A stretch of DNA of 64,000 nucleotides, from the NCBI GenBank assembly GCA_030265395.1, contig JARFYF010000022.1:36814184-36878183 (forward strand). The letters are read 5' to 3'. The notes under the pieces were generated by a model. It saw only the letters and a program-made list of their open reading frames with translations. It had not been told where the DNA came from and made no database searches. Origin of the DNA: Rhina ancylostomus (lineage: Eukaryota). Positions within the stretch are counted from its first letter, which is position 1, and each line of letters starts with the position of its first letter. Shown one piece after another: positions 27,226 through 40,400 of the stretch. The position numbers and the translations under genes were made by a program.

Positions 27226-27589
27226 TTGGAACTTCATCCTCTGAAGGTAATGATACATTGACAATAATACTTTAGCATCTCAAACAAAACATCAACATGT
27301 CAGGCAGAGGTGGTAGTACAGAGATTCTCAGTGCTATAGTAGTTGCGATATGATACTACATAACTACCTGGCAATAAGTGTGTGCAAAAATTGAAGGAAT
27401 TTGCAGGTTTTAAAAACATTAAACACAATCACAATTACAAGCAATGAATATGTGTTTTAAACAAATTTTCAAAATGTGCCAGCAGTGCTGAACGCATGCA
27501 TGGGGACTGCATTGGATGAAGCTGCATGTGATGATTGGATTATAACTGGCAGCCCTGGTGACTAATCTGTTTGCTATTGTCCACTATTC

Positions 27590-28520
27590 AATAGCAACAA
27601 CATGCTCATGTCACACCTCTAATAGAGTAATTATAACCAAGTCACTTCACAAGTGCTTACTGGGCAAGATTTGACACTGAATCACATAAGGATAGATGGC
27701 TAAAGCTTGGTCACATAGTTGGTTATAAACTGTAAGGGAAGCAAGAGAGGTGGAGACATTTAGACTGGCAATTCCAAAGATTAGCCCTTTGTGAGTTCAA
27801 GGTGTGGCTTCCAGTGGTGATGGGTTTAAAATCAGGGGCGCTCACGGGCCCAAAATGGAAGAGTCCAAATATCCCAGAGGGCTGGAGCAGACAGTGACAT
27901 AGGGAGGGGGAAGGGATTTGAAAATAAGGATGAAAATTTTAAAATTATCCACTGCTTAACCAAGAGCCAGAATAAGTCAGCAAGCACATGGCTAGCATGA
28001 GCTTACAGAGTGCAGGGCACCCAGGAAATATCCTTATTGTAANNNNNNNNNNNNNNNNNNNNNNNNNNGATAAAGGATGGGAGAGTTACAGAAGCAGCTG
28101 ACAGGGTCAGATTCAAGCAAGGTTCCAGGGGTTCTGATAAAGTATATTGATAAAGTATATCCTCTCATGTTCAAAGTAGAAATCCATATGAGTTAGTGTA
28201 AAAGACAGGGCTCTCTTCAATAGCTCCAGGGTTTGAACACAGTGGATTCAGTCCTTTTGAGTTGAAATTGGAGGAAATCTCTGCCTCTCCATTACTCAGT
28301 CGGACAAGCAGTCTGACAAACTGGAGATGATTGGGGGGCGGGGGGGGGGGGAAGCATGGCCATGAAGGTGAGGTAGAGGTGGGTGCCATNNNNNNNNNNA
28401 CCGAGAGAAGCCTGTGGGTGAGATTTAGGAAGGATCCTAGGTTAGATCCTCAGGAAGCGGCATTAACAGTGCAGCATTGGGAAAGTAGCAGTGATCTCTG
28501 ATCATGACTGCATGTGCATG
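27590..28520 (-). mobile_element. Degraded L2-like LINE fragment
   Basis: Recognisable L2-type antisense text (aaagcttggtca..., gggatttgaaaataaggatgaaaattttaaa); heavily diverged. Confidence 0.45.
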
Positions 28521-30094
28521 TAAACGACCAAACAGTTTTGATAACAGGTCACGGTCAACTTTGAAGAAAGATTCTGCTGGAGACAAATTACTGTGAAGCA
28601 GTGTTGACTTACTGGTGCTTATTTTGGGACCAAAGTTCTTAGACTACTAAGAAGAAATGAATGGAAGCATAGTGGTTTGCAAACAAAAAAATGAACAATT
28701 ATTTTGGTTACATTTTTATTGTCCCACTTCTTCAGGGAAATGTTGGCCAGTGAACAGAAACAGGAAATTCTTGGTCCAATTTTCCTTACTTTTAATTACG
28801 ATGAAAACATATTGCCAGAAATATATTTGTTGATACAGGCATGGGCAGGGATTTTCCTTCAGCTTATACTGAAGAAACTATTTAAATAAGTGAGTCCAAT
28901 GGTTCCACATGTGCATGGGTTCAAGAAAAATAGATGATGAGCAAAAAATGTTTGGAATTTTTGAGCATATTATTCATTTGCCCCTTCAAGAAGACAGTTA
29001 AAAAGTTCTGTAATTCACTTGAAAGCTCTTGGAACAACTGAGGATGTGATAATCCAAGTAATGAATTAGTTGGAGTCTGTAAAACAGCAAATGCTGATCA
29101 ATAGGAATAATTTAATTGAACAGCTGTGACCCAGGGCCTGCTTCTGTAACCAACCCTGAACTTCTGTTATTTATGAGCATTCTTACAATGAAGAATATTT
29201 AGTGACAGGGAAATACCATTAGGTTCAATGACATGGTTGTTTTTTTTAANNNNNNNNNNNNNNNNNNNNNNNNNNNNNNNNNNNNNNNNNNNNNNNNNNN
29301 NNNNNNNNNNNNNNNNNNNNNNNNNNNNNNNNNNNNNNNNNNNNNNNNNNNNNNNNNNNNNNNNNNNNNNNNNNNNNNNNNNNNNNNNNNNNNNNNNNNN
29401 NNNNNNNNNNNNNNNNNNNNNNNNNNNNNNNNNNNNNNNNNNNNNNNNNNNNNNNNNNNNNNNNNNNNNNNNNNNNNNNNNNNNNNNNNNNNNNNNNNNN
29501 NAAATTATTAATGGCTGATTATGCAATTACCATTTGTTTGAAAATACAGGAGTTTGATGCTTAAATTCTGAGTCATGTGTACTGTACCTTGGGAAGATTT
29601 GTATCTGCCAGAACTCTTAAAGGGATGGAGTATTTTCTCCCCCTGCTGATTAGATTTGCATTTTAATAGTACATTTTTATTGTTCATTTTTGCTACTTAT
29701 AAAAAAATTGTACTTTAAAATCCAAACATTATCTGTTATCTGATTTTTAAAAATCCTGTAAAATGTAAAAGTACTGTAGACAGAACAGAAATTTGTGAAA
29801 AACAAAAGCACATGCAAACTGAGTTCTTTGAATATAAACATTCATACGAAAATTGGGAGCAACAAACTTTCCAAGAGGACGTTATAAAATTCTAAGAAGC
29901 TAAATTTACATATAAAAAGCTATTAACCTATTAACCTAACAGATAAAGTAGTGGAGGTAAAATCCTGGAATTATATAAGAATCAATTGTACCCTGGAATG
30001 GGATGATTTTGGATCATTCTTGATGGACAAACTAAATCGAGCTGAATAATTTTCCTCATCGATAGTGTTCCTATGATCAGAAATTAACATAACA

Positions 30095-32420
30095 CGATCT
30101 CCTTAAGTAGTCCTTGGGGCTGGTGATGACTTGTGCCCACTCTGCATTTGTGGGTTCTGAGGAGGCTGATGGGGCCAATGTGTGAAACACAAGTCTCCCA
30201 CCAATGGGGCAAAAAATACCTGATGGAGCAGGTGGGTGGGTAGTTTGTGAGGTGGTGGGCTGCTTCTGTCACTTACACAGAATTGAGTTCTCAACACACG
30301 GATGAGTTTCTCAGTACCAACCCAAATATTCCTATGCTTTGAATGGACATGGGTCAGAGATTGTCAGGAGTCAGTGGGCATGTATTTCTTCAAGGAGGCT
30401 TCGAGCACATTCTTGAATCTTTCCCTCTGACAGCCTGGAAATCTCTTCCCATGCAGAGCATGGAACAGTGTCTGAGTCATGTGTCAGGCACGTGAATGAT
30501 ATCACCTGACTAATTCAGCCGACTGTGTGTAACTAGAGCTGTATTACTGCAGATGTTGGCTTAGGACAGGACACTAATGTTAACTTGCTCATCCTTACAA
30601 TGAATTTGGCACCAATACTGCCTCCATGAAGTATTGGTGGTATTCACTGGTGCTTTCCGGTGCCCGCTGTGGGTAATCCATGTCTCAGAAGCTTATAGGA
30701 GATCAGGAATCACTGCTGTCTGGAAGACCATGAGTTTCTCGCCAAGTCTGAGGTCTTGAACTTCAAATGTCCTTTTCATTGAAGGATCAAAGGTTTTGCT
30801 GGTGTATTGAAGGCAGTGTTTAATTTCATCATCGACATCTGAATTCATCAAGGGCTGGCTCCTGAGATATTGGAAGTGGTTCATGTTTTCCAGGGTCTCA
30901 CTGTAAACCTTTATTGTCAGAAGGCAGTGTGGTGCAGAGGATGCAGATTGGTAGAGGAGCTCTGTCTTGGGAATGTTGAACATATGGGCCATTCTCTTTT
31001 AAGCTTCAGTGAAAATGTTGACAATGGCTTGGTGCTTCTCCTCTGAGCATGTGCTGTCTGTATACTTGCAGTCTGACTAGGAGGGCAGGTGACCTTGGTT
31101 CTGGAGTACAGTCACTGTAGATTGAACAAATTACCACTAGTTCTAAATGTTAGCTGCACTCCATTGGGAGGCTTGTTGAGGTAAACTGCAACATTGTGAC
31201 AAGAAAATTGAGAAAATGTTAGGATGATGATGCAACCTTGTTTGACACCAATCCTTACCGAGACCAACATCATTGTAGACCTATTGGTTAGTATTATAGC
31301 TTGCATGTTGTCATGGAGCAAATGTAAAATGGAAATTAATTTCTGTGGACATCTGAATTTGAGGAGGGTGTTCCATATTCTGTCCTGATTGATTGTGTCA
31401 ATGTCTTTAGTGAGGTTGTAAAAGGTCACTTTTGGTGGTTCTTTCTGCTCCCTGCAGTTTTCTTAGAGTTGTCATATGATATCCACTGTGTCTTTTGAAG
31501 GATAGATTCCACACCGTGATTTGGGTAGCAGCTCTTTGTTCACTGACTTTCCCTGTGGCAGACAGCAGGGGTCCCCCTAGAGATACCAGAGTCACACGTG
31601 TGTCCTTGAAGGTCCAAAGCCCCCTCGTATATCCTCTTCTTCCAGATATTGGTGATACAAATGTGGAGTCTTGACAAACTCTTCATCGCTGATGTTTAGG
31701 ATTTTAGCAGGAATGCTGTCTACTCCCATGACCTTGTTATTTTCTAGTTGGCCTTGTTTTTTAATTTTTTATTAAGTGGCCTACTTTAGACCTTGTTATT
31801 TTCCAGTGAGTGTTGACTTCCTCTCTGTCCCTGATGAATACACCCCAGCTTTCAGTGGAGTGCCTTTGTTGTTGGCTTTCACAGCCTGCAGAGCCTGCCC
31901 ATGTCATGCTTTTTGGTGAGTTGCTGAACCTCCTGTATTCTCCACTTTTCATGGGTTTTCTGCTGGACCTCTGCCTTTAGGTGTCTGTATAGCTCGTCCT
32001 GTTTATCTTTGAGGGAGATGGAGCTTCCAACCCAGGAATACCTTATGTTTGCAGATAATGAGACCCTCAAACTCCTCGTATACCTCATCAAACCAGTTCT
32101 GCATCTTCCTGGTAGAAAAGCAACCCAATGGGTCTACAACAGAGCCATTTGATATGCCAATTATGATGGATTTCAGGGCAGTTCATTGGTTATGGACACT
32201 TTGTGGCTCCTAATGGCTGAGAGCTGACAGATTGTCAGTGACGTGTTGTCTGAGCTGTACAATCGTTGTGAGGTCCTTAAGACTTTGACACTGATCTTCT
32301 TGTGGCAACACTTCTGTTGATATTGATATTTTGAGCTACGTCATCAATAATAGTGCTGAGGTGGTGGACAATCTAGGAGTTATTGGTACCTGTTATGGCA
32401 TGGGCATCTTGGACTTCTAT
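30095..32420 (-). mobile_element. RTE-clade LINE fossil (reverse transcriptase, frameshifted)
   Basis: FYNLTKDIDTINQDRIWNTLLKFRCPQKLISILHLLHDNM...GVKQGC (RTE DLxKAFDTV...KFGCP..LHD.M...GVKQGC) and LENMNHFQYL...DVDDEIKH in successive broken minus-strand frames. Confidence 0.85.
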
Positions 32421-33094
32421 ACTGAGAAGTCCAGATTATTGTTCAATAATCAGTTATAGTACACAATCAGTATAGTGATCGCTAATTACTTCTGCTTACC
32501 TAACACATTGCACTGAATAATTACAGATTATGGTAATGACCTGCTTGCTAAATGTATCAATGCAAAATAGTATAATGGACAATTCTTAATTCAGTAGGTT
32601 ATGTTAGGTGGCCATTGATTACCATAATACACTGGACCAGATCCTTGGTGATCACTGGAATCACTGAGTTCTGTATTATGCTGTAATAGTAATTAATTAA
32701 TTAGATTAATATTGTACCAGCTAAATTTAGAAATAATAATTCAGAATCCGGAAAATGCTCTTAGTTTGGCAGTTATTCCTCTGGGGTGATCATTGATAAC
32801 TGTAGTTTAGTGTGATAGGTAATCAATACTGCAACACACTAATAATGTTTGTGTGCATTACAATGCAGTGCTTTCTTACTGATTGTTGAAATGTTCACTG
32901 GTGACTGATAACTGGATATTCTCTAATTAGTGTAAGGTGTACTGGTGAATCATATTGCAGTAGTAACTTGCACTACGTGATCCCAAACTATTGTAACATA
33001 ACTCTGCCCTGAATGAGCTTTTACTTGTGGATATAAATAACACTGGTGATTATAACAAGCCATGCATTCACCCACTTAATGTTGTAATATACTC

Positions 33095-33665
33095 TTTAAA
33101 ATTTACAGAATTATACAACAACAAAGAAGGCAATTCAGCCCACTGTGCCTATGCCAGCTTTGAAAGAACCTCCCAATTAGTCACAATTATCTGCAAATTT
33201 TCTTGTTCATGCATTTATCTAAGTTACTTTTGAAAATGAGAACAGAATTGTTTCCACCACCTTTCCTAGCAATGCAAAACAGCTCACTCTGTTAAAATAA
33301 ATTCTCATCTCATCTCTGTTTTTACTGCCAATTAATTTGAATCTTTTCCCTGTGGCTACCTACCCTTTTGTCACCACAGCAGTTTTTCCTTATTTTATCA
33401 ATGCACTTCAGATTTTGCACACCACTATTCACTCTCCTTTAATCTTCACTGTTCTTAAGAACAACCTCAGCTTCTCTAAATGAAGACTGAAGTTCAGTAT
33501 TACAGTTATCAATGATCACCCCAGAGGAGTAACTGCCAAACTAACAATTGAAATTCTGTATTCCTACAGTTTTTTGTGAATCTCCTCTGTAACCTCTCTA
33601 TGGCCTTGAAATCCCTTTTAGAATATGATGTCAAAAAATTGGCTATAATCTTCAAAAGAGCACTG
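33095..33665 (-). mobile_element. CR1 LINE 3' fragment containing a short inverted local insertion
   Basis: acaacaaagaaggcaattcagcccactgtgcctatgccagct 3'-end signature; ttgtgaatctcctctgtaacctctc. Confidence 0.55.
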
Positions 33666-33984
33666 ATCTTAATGCTGACTCGGGGGAGGCACCTTGATAC
33701 AGTATCAAAAACAACTGTTCACCGCTACTCTCTGCTTTCTTCCCTTTAGCGAATTTCATAACTCTAAACTGACTAATATAGTGATAACGTCCCCATTGAA
33801 ACTCAACCCACATGTNNNNNNNNNNATCCTGGGAATTACAGACACTGGAAGGAAACATAAAAGAACATCCAATTAGCATGGATTTCAAAATTGAAAATCT
33901 TGTCTGACCAACCTTATTGAACATAATAGGGAATAGCTGATATAGTTGTAGATGTAATTTATCCAGCTTTTCAAAAAGGCTTCA

Positions 33985-34415
33985 CAGCATTCTCTGGAGT
34001 GGTGGAGGCTGAGAGGAGGCCTTATAGAGGTTTATAACATTGTAAGGGGCATGGATAGAGTGGACAGCCAGTTTCTTCTTCCCAGGGTTGAAATGTCTTA
34101 TACTAGAGGGCATGCCTTTAAGGTGAAAACGGGGTAAGTTCAAAGGAAATGTGTGGGGCAAGGTTTCTTTTACACAGAGACTGGTAGGTGCCTGGAATAC
34201 ATTGCCAGGGGTGGTAGTGGAGGCAAATACAACAGTGGTGTTTAAGAGGCTCTTACAAAGGCACATGGATATGCAGAGAATGACAGGATATGAACTTTGT
34301 GTAGGTAGAATGGATTAGATTAGTTAGGTGTTTACTTACTAGTTTAATGAGTTTGGCACAACATCGTGCGCTAAAGGGCCTGTTCCTGTGCTGTGCTGTA
34401 CTGTTCGATGTTTGT
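33985..34415 (+). mobile_element. Relatively well-preserved CR1 LINE 3' end nested in an older CR1
   Basis: aggctgagaggaggccttatagaggtttataa...ggcatggatagagtggac...actagagggcat...tttacacagag...gtgcctggaa; tail gggcctgttcctgtgctgtgctg. Confidence 0.8.
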
Positions 34416-35149
34416 TCTAAAAACATATACCCTTTATGAGTAATGACAAGTCAAAGAATGTAGAATCTGGCAAAAAGAAGCAGACTGGGTTGTTAGTTAG
34501 CTTCAGGACAGAAAGCAGTGGCAGTAAAGGTTAATTGTTCATAGTGGAAGAAATTCATCATGGTTCATAATTTATATTAATGACTTAGACTAAAATGAAA
34601 AATGTAATTTCTAAATTTGCAGGTGATACCAAATGACAGGTTTGGAGGGGCATGGTCTTTCTTGAGGAGGACAGCAACAAATTACAAGAGGCCATTAATA
34701 AATGAAGATTGGACAAATTATTCGCAAAGGAGGTTCAACAGAGTTCCTTTGATCTCAACCATCTCTAAGCTGTTCCTCTGAATGAAACATATTTGAATCA
34801 TCCACATAAATACTGTGAAGAAAAGAACTAGTTTGAGGCTTTGTATTCTACAATGAGTTGCCGACATTCTGACTCCCCAAAGCCTCAAGGGATATGTCAG
34901 GAGTGTGATGGAATACTCCCCACATGCCTGGATGAGTGCAGCTCTAGATGTTTAAATGGCTTTAGGATCACTGTGGTATTATTTGATGAAGAGCCGAATG
35001 GTTAGAAATACCAACATCTCTCTCTCCACTTCCATCAACCAATTATTTATATCATCTGTGGACTGCGGGATCTTGCTTTGTGGAAAATTGGCTGTCACAC
35101 TTGCGTTTATAAAATTGGCTGGATTTCCAAATTAGTTAATGAAAACCAA

Positions 35150-35360
35150 AACAAAAAACTGCAGATGGTTGAATTCTGAAGTAAAAACAGAAAATGCTGG
35201 AAACACTCAGTGGGCAGATACCATCTGGGGAAAGAGAAACAAGGTTGACATTTCGGGTTGAAAACCCTTTGTCAGAAGGTTGAAGACCTGAAACATAAAG
35301 TCTTGTTACCACAGATGAGGTAACTGACCCACTAAGTGCTTCCAGAGCTTTTTTTATTCC
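35150..35360. repeat. Imperfect palindromic element (Penelope-associated terminal repeat family)
   Basis: aaaacagaaaatgctggaaacactcagtgggcag...catctg vs cagatg...ctgacccactaagtgcttccag are inverted arms. Related arms near 39475, 42715, 45115, 60670, 62695 and 63550. Confidence 0.6.
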
Positions 35361-35639
35361 AAATTAGTTAATTGACAGTGACAATGAAATGTTTTTAAGA
35401 CAACCAGAATATGTTAAAGGGACAATAAATATGCAAGATTTTTCTCTTCACTGTATTGGGAGACCACAGATTAGCAGGATTTATCAGTATAAAACATCAC
35501 TCTTGATTATTCTAATAGATTTCACTGCTGATCTTCATACCTTTGATATGTTGGTTTGAATAATTACTAATCACTGTGATAGATAATTAAAGTCCCTTTA
35601 CAAGCTATATATCAACAATACCTTGCTATAGACAAAACC

Positions 35640-36215
35640 AAAACTTAATTGAAATAGCCACATAAATGCTGCAGCTACAAGAACTGGTTAGAAGCTTAAT
35701 ATTTGTGGTGTGACTCACCAGCTGAGACTTTCCAACACCTCCAAGGCACATCATAACTGTGATGGGACACTCTCTACTTGAATGAGTGCAGAACTAATAA
35801 CATTCAAGAAATCCAACACTGTTCACAACAAAGTCGCTCTCTCGATGGGCACCCCAGCACCAACTTTAACATTCACTCTCTCTACTGCAGTTGGACCGTG
35901 GTTGCTGTGTCCACCATCTAGAAAATCCACCACAGTAACTTTTTAAGAAGTCTTTGAGTATACCTCTCAAACTCATAACCCCTATTTCAAAAGCTAAGTG
36001 CAGTAGATGTGTGAGAACACCACCACCTGAGAGGTCCCTTCCAAATCACACACCACATGGAAATGTATCACAATCCTTCATTGTCACTGGTCAAATCTTT
36101 CAACCATAGCAGCACTTTGGGAATACCTTGACTGCACAAATTATAGCAGTTCATGAAGGTAACTCACTCCCAGCTTCCGGTCCCATTCAGGGTAGATATT
36201 AAATTCTGGCCTCCT
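35640..36215 (+). mobile_element. CR1-clade LINE 3' fragment (same family as 15040-17835)
   Basis: caaggcaca...gtgatgggacactctctacttgaatgagtgcag...tcaagaaatccaacac is collinear with 17340-17830. Confidence 0.6.
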
Positions 36216-37081
36216 CACTGTCGTTCTTCCTCACTGTCAATCTCTGCCAATTTTAGTATTTCTGAAATGTGGCCCATTACAGCAATAGAGATGCATATAC
36301 AACAAAAACTAAGGAACATCACTGTCTACTGCCTTCAAGTCATTAAAGTTCTTGGCAACAATTTTTAAGCCACCGAGTCAGTTTTGAATCCAACTTGCCA
36401 ATTTACCTAGATCCCATGGACTTTTAATTTTTCTGAAAAAATTACTGAGTGTATTTTGTCAAATCCATTCAAACTGCATTTAAGGCCCTCCGTATTACCG
36501 NNNNNNNNNNNNNNNNNNNNNNNNNNNNNNNNNNNNNNNNNNNNNNNNNNNNNNNNNNNNNNNNNNNNNNNNNNNNNNNNNNNNNNNNNNNNNNNNNNNN
36601 NNNNNNNNNNNNNNNNNNNNNNNNNNNNNNNNNNNNNNNNNNNNNNNNNNNNNNNNNNNNNNNNNNNNNNNNNNNNNNNNNNNNNNNNNNNNNNNNNNNN
36701 NNNNNNNNNNNNNNNNNNNNNNNNNNNNNNCAAAGTGTATTCCTCACAGGAAGGTATCTGTAAAGACAAGAGTGTCCTCTGTTAATGCTTGCACTTTTGG
36801 GTGCTCTGCACAGCAGGCAGATGCCCATCTGGTGTGAATACAAAATTTGCATTAATCTAAACTGGAAGATTCCCCCCACTTTGCTGGTAGGAGCTCTTTG
36901 ATGACTTCTTTGATGCAGCTGGGGGCAGCAATGTGTCCTATGTAGCATAAATCAGCAGAGACAACCTGCAAGGACCTTGAGGCAAGATCTCTTCGAGTGA
37001 AGGTGACCCTGAATATCAGGCCAGTGTGGGCAATTGTGTTCACCAGACAAACCTCAAGTATCTAAACTGTCAACAGCATAC

Positions 37082-37477
37082 TGTCACAATGTCACATGAA
37101 GAGCAAGGTTGCGGAGAACCCAAATGTGGAACACTGGAACGAGACTGGAGTCGGGATGCTTCCTTGGTACCAAACGCAGAACGACGAACAGACAGAGTCC
37201 CAACACAGAAACAGGATGTTCTAGGAGAAACCACAAAACTGGGACTGCTCTACAGTTAACGGCTCTAAGCAGCCAGGAGATGAAGTATACCCAGAGATAG
37301 ACCAATAATCTGGCAATCAGTGTTTGTGAAACTAGCGTTCTTAAACTAGTCCCCTGATGGAACTCAGGTGTGTGTCATTAGGCAAACAGTAATGCATGAA
37401 AACCATGTGCAGCACAACAAGGCACCATCAATGGGGATAAGAGGCAGAACTGAGAACCAGCACTCGGAACCATGACA
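37082..37477 (-). mobile_element. Solo LTR (copy 4, complete, 396 bp, more divergent)
   Basis: TGTCAC...CATGACA termini and TSD CATAC (37077-37081, 37478-37482); collinear with the other copies. Confidence 0.8.
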
Positions 37478-40400
37478 CATACAGACTGTAGAAGTCAGTG
37501 GACTAATTGGTTGAGAGATGGGGAGCAGAAAATAGCAAATGGAATTCAGTCTAGAGTTGTTTTCTTTAGAACATTGGCAGTTGAGAAAAGATTTAATTGT
37601 GTTTAAAATTACTACTGGTCTCTAAAGGCTTTCTAGAATAGAACCTGAATTACCACATCTGATGGAAATGATCATCAGAGAAGTGCATAGAATGCTCACC
37701 AAGTAGAATAGGTAGGGAAATGAGGGTCTAGTCTTACATGTTAAATGCACCCAGGAAATGAATGGGAGCATACAATCTGTAGAAGAGAAAAATACCCAAG
37801 GAAGTGAGCTTGCCCGAAATTTACAGTATGTAGAGTGTTTAAGAACACTCCACATTTGTTACAGACTGCCGGGGATTACAGATTACTTTAAGAAGAAAGA
37901 AGTGAGAACAGAAAGAATGCAATAATGNNNNNNNNNNGCAATAATGAAACTTTTCAAATGGGTTATAAATTAGGATTCCCAAGTGACATTCTCAAAATTG
38001 GTAAAGGTAATGAATGACTCAGTGTCTCAAGGAAATCATAAGTGACAGTTCTTAAACTTTATAATGTTAACTGACTGACAGCAAATTGAAATAGAAGTTG
38101 AGGAACCTATGAGTGATAATGGCAAAATATGATTTTCCACATGCTTTGAGATTCAACACTGCAGAACACCAATGTTCAGGTATACAAATTTTGACTAGAA
38201 ATCTATTAAGGCACACATGAAGACTAAAAAAAATCATTCTGACCAGAATTCAGGCAAGGTAATGAAAGAATAATACGTCATTGTTAGCAGACCAAATATT
38301 TCCTTCCAGTGACCAGGCCAAAGAGTACCTTCCCTGGAGACACAAGAGACTNNNNNNNNNNNNNNNNNNNNNNNNNNNNNNNNNNNNNNNNNNNNNNNNN
38401 NNNNNNNNNNNNNNNNNNNNNNNNNNNNNNNNNNNNNNNNNNNNNNNNNNNCAGCTCACCACCACCTTCTCAAGAGCAATTAGGCATGGTCAATAAATGA
38501 TGGTGATGTCAGGCCCCGAGAACTGAAAAACTGAGGAGAGGACAAGGTCTTGGTTTAACAGCTCATCCAACAGAAGGCCCTTCCAATCTGTACAACTATG
38601 GGCAATCAACCTGGAATTCTGTGCTTTCGGTGTGGAATTAAAATGCACACCCTTTCCACCCAGAGATAAGAGAGAATCTCATTGAACCACAAGAAAATGG
38701 ATTATAATCTATCCAGAGCAATGTGGTAGCAGAAGGGCCACGCAAAGGGTTAAAATTTGTGCTTCATTTCAACGCATCCCCCCTCCTCCCAACCTTCCAC
38801 AGTTGTTTCTCTTCCACTGTGCATATTAAGCACACTAACAACCCATCACAATGTGCTCCGTCAATTTTGCAAATGCTCTCAAGGTACTTTGGTCTGAGTC
38901 ACATCAATAGAGCGATTGTAATTGAAGTGGACGTTTACCCAAGCACACCGCTTATTGGAAGCAGGGCTGGGTGGTGCTCAAGCCCAAGTTCCCACTGAAG
39001 TCAAAGCACAGGCATTCTCCACTAATGGGATTGGCACCGACAACGCTGGGTCCACACAGCATTGTCCGAGGCCTGCAGAAAGAGAAACATTATTCAAACA
39101 TTATTTATACCTCACAGAGGAGGCATAGCAATTATCACAGCCCTGTTGACAAGTACATCTCTCTGCATTGTCTGCATTTGTTTCAATGAGGCTGTTAGTA
39201 GGGGCTTAACTAATGGGTCTAAATAAGCAATGCGATTTCCATAGTTGGGTCTTGGGACAAAGTACGGTACAACCGGCGAGCTTTTAGAGCTGGTTGCTTG
39301 TTTTTAAGGCTACAACTAAAACCCATTAATCGACCTCTGACCCTTTCCTGGCAACATAGTTGAATTGTGAATCCTACACATTTGTTTGCATGTTACAAAT
39401 ATCTGAAGATCTGGTTAAAATCCCCCTGGAGCGCTGCCCTCACTCTGAGCACTGCACCCCAGGAAGGATAAACAGAAGCAACAAACAATCTGCTGGAGGA
39501 ACTCAGCGGGTCGAGCAGCATCTGTAGGGGGAAAGGAACTGTCGATGTTTCAGTTTGAGACCCTGCATCAGGACCTGAAGCAAGGCCTTGACCTGAATGT
39601 TCAACAGTACCTTTCCTGACCCACTGTCCATACTGGCTTTGCAGTTGTATTACCCTCATGTGGCCACAGGGCTGCCAACAATCCAGATGCCTTGGTTCTG
39701 TGGCTGTCCTGTTGATGGATCGGGCATCAAGTGGCCACCACACTTTGAGATAATACATCCTAGGCCTGCCCCACCCCTGCCCTTGGCCTAGCCCATTCCA
39801 CTCTGCCTACTGGGGTACCCCTCTGGTGTACTTCCCCAGTACCCCAGCCCTACCCCTGCCCCCCAACCCTGTCTGCCCCTTCCCGCCCCACCAATCATTG
39901 ACAGCTCACCACTGCCCAAATCATTTTCTCTCTGTTTAAGTCTCTGATAATCAGAGATATTTTAAAATAGTTTAATAATTACAACTAAAATTAAATTAAA
40001 AATAAAAATAACCTTATTTTATTTAAAATTCATTCATTAATTAAAATATTAATATACATAGAAATAATAAAAACAAAATAAAGAAAATTAATCAAAACTC
40101 TTAACCGTGCTTAGTTCTCTAATTAATCTTGGTGAGCTCATGGGGTTGGGCTACATACAACAGCTATGAGGGGGGTAAAGCAGATAGACAGGGCGCTGTG
40201 TGCATCCAGCCCCACGGCTCAGTATTTGGATGCTCTGCCTCAAACTCAGTGCCGAGTCCAGTACCTGAGCTGAGGTCAATGTGCTGACCCTGATCTTTAG
40301 TTCATTCCTGATTTCCTCCTTGCAATACACAGGTGTGAGAATCAAGAATAAGCTGACCCAGCTACTGGGGGTTCTCTGCAGACCACTTCTGAGGGACAGC

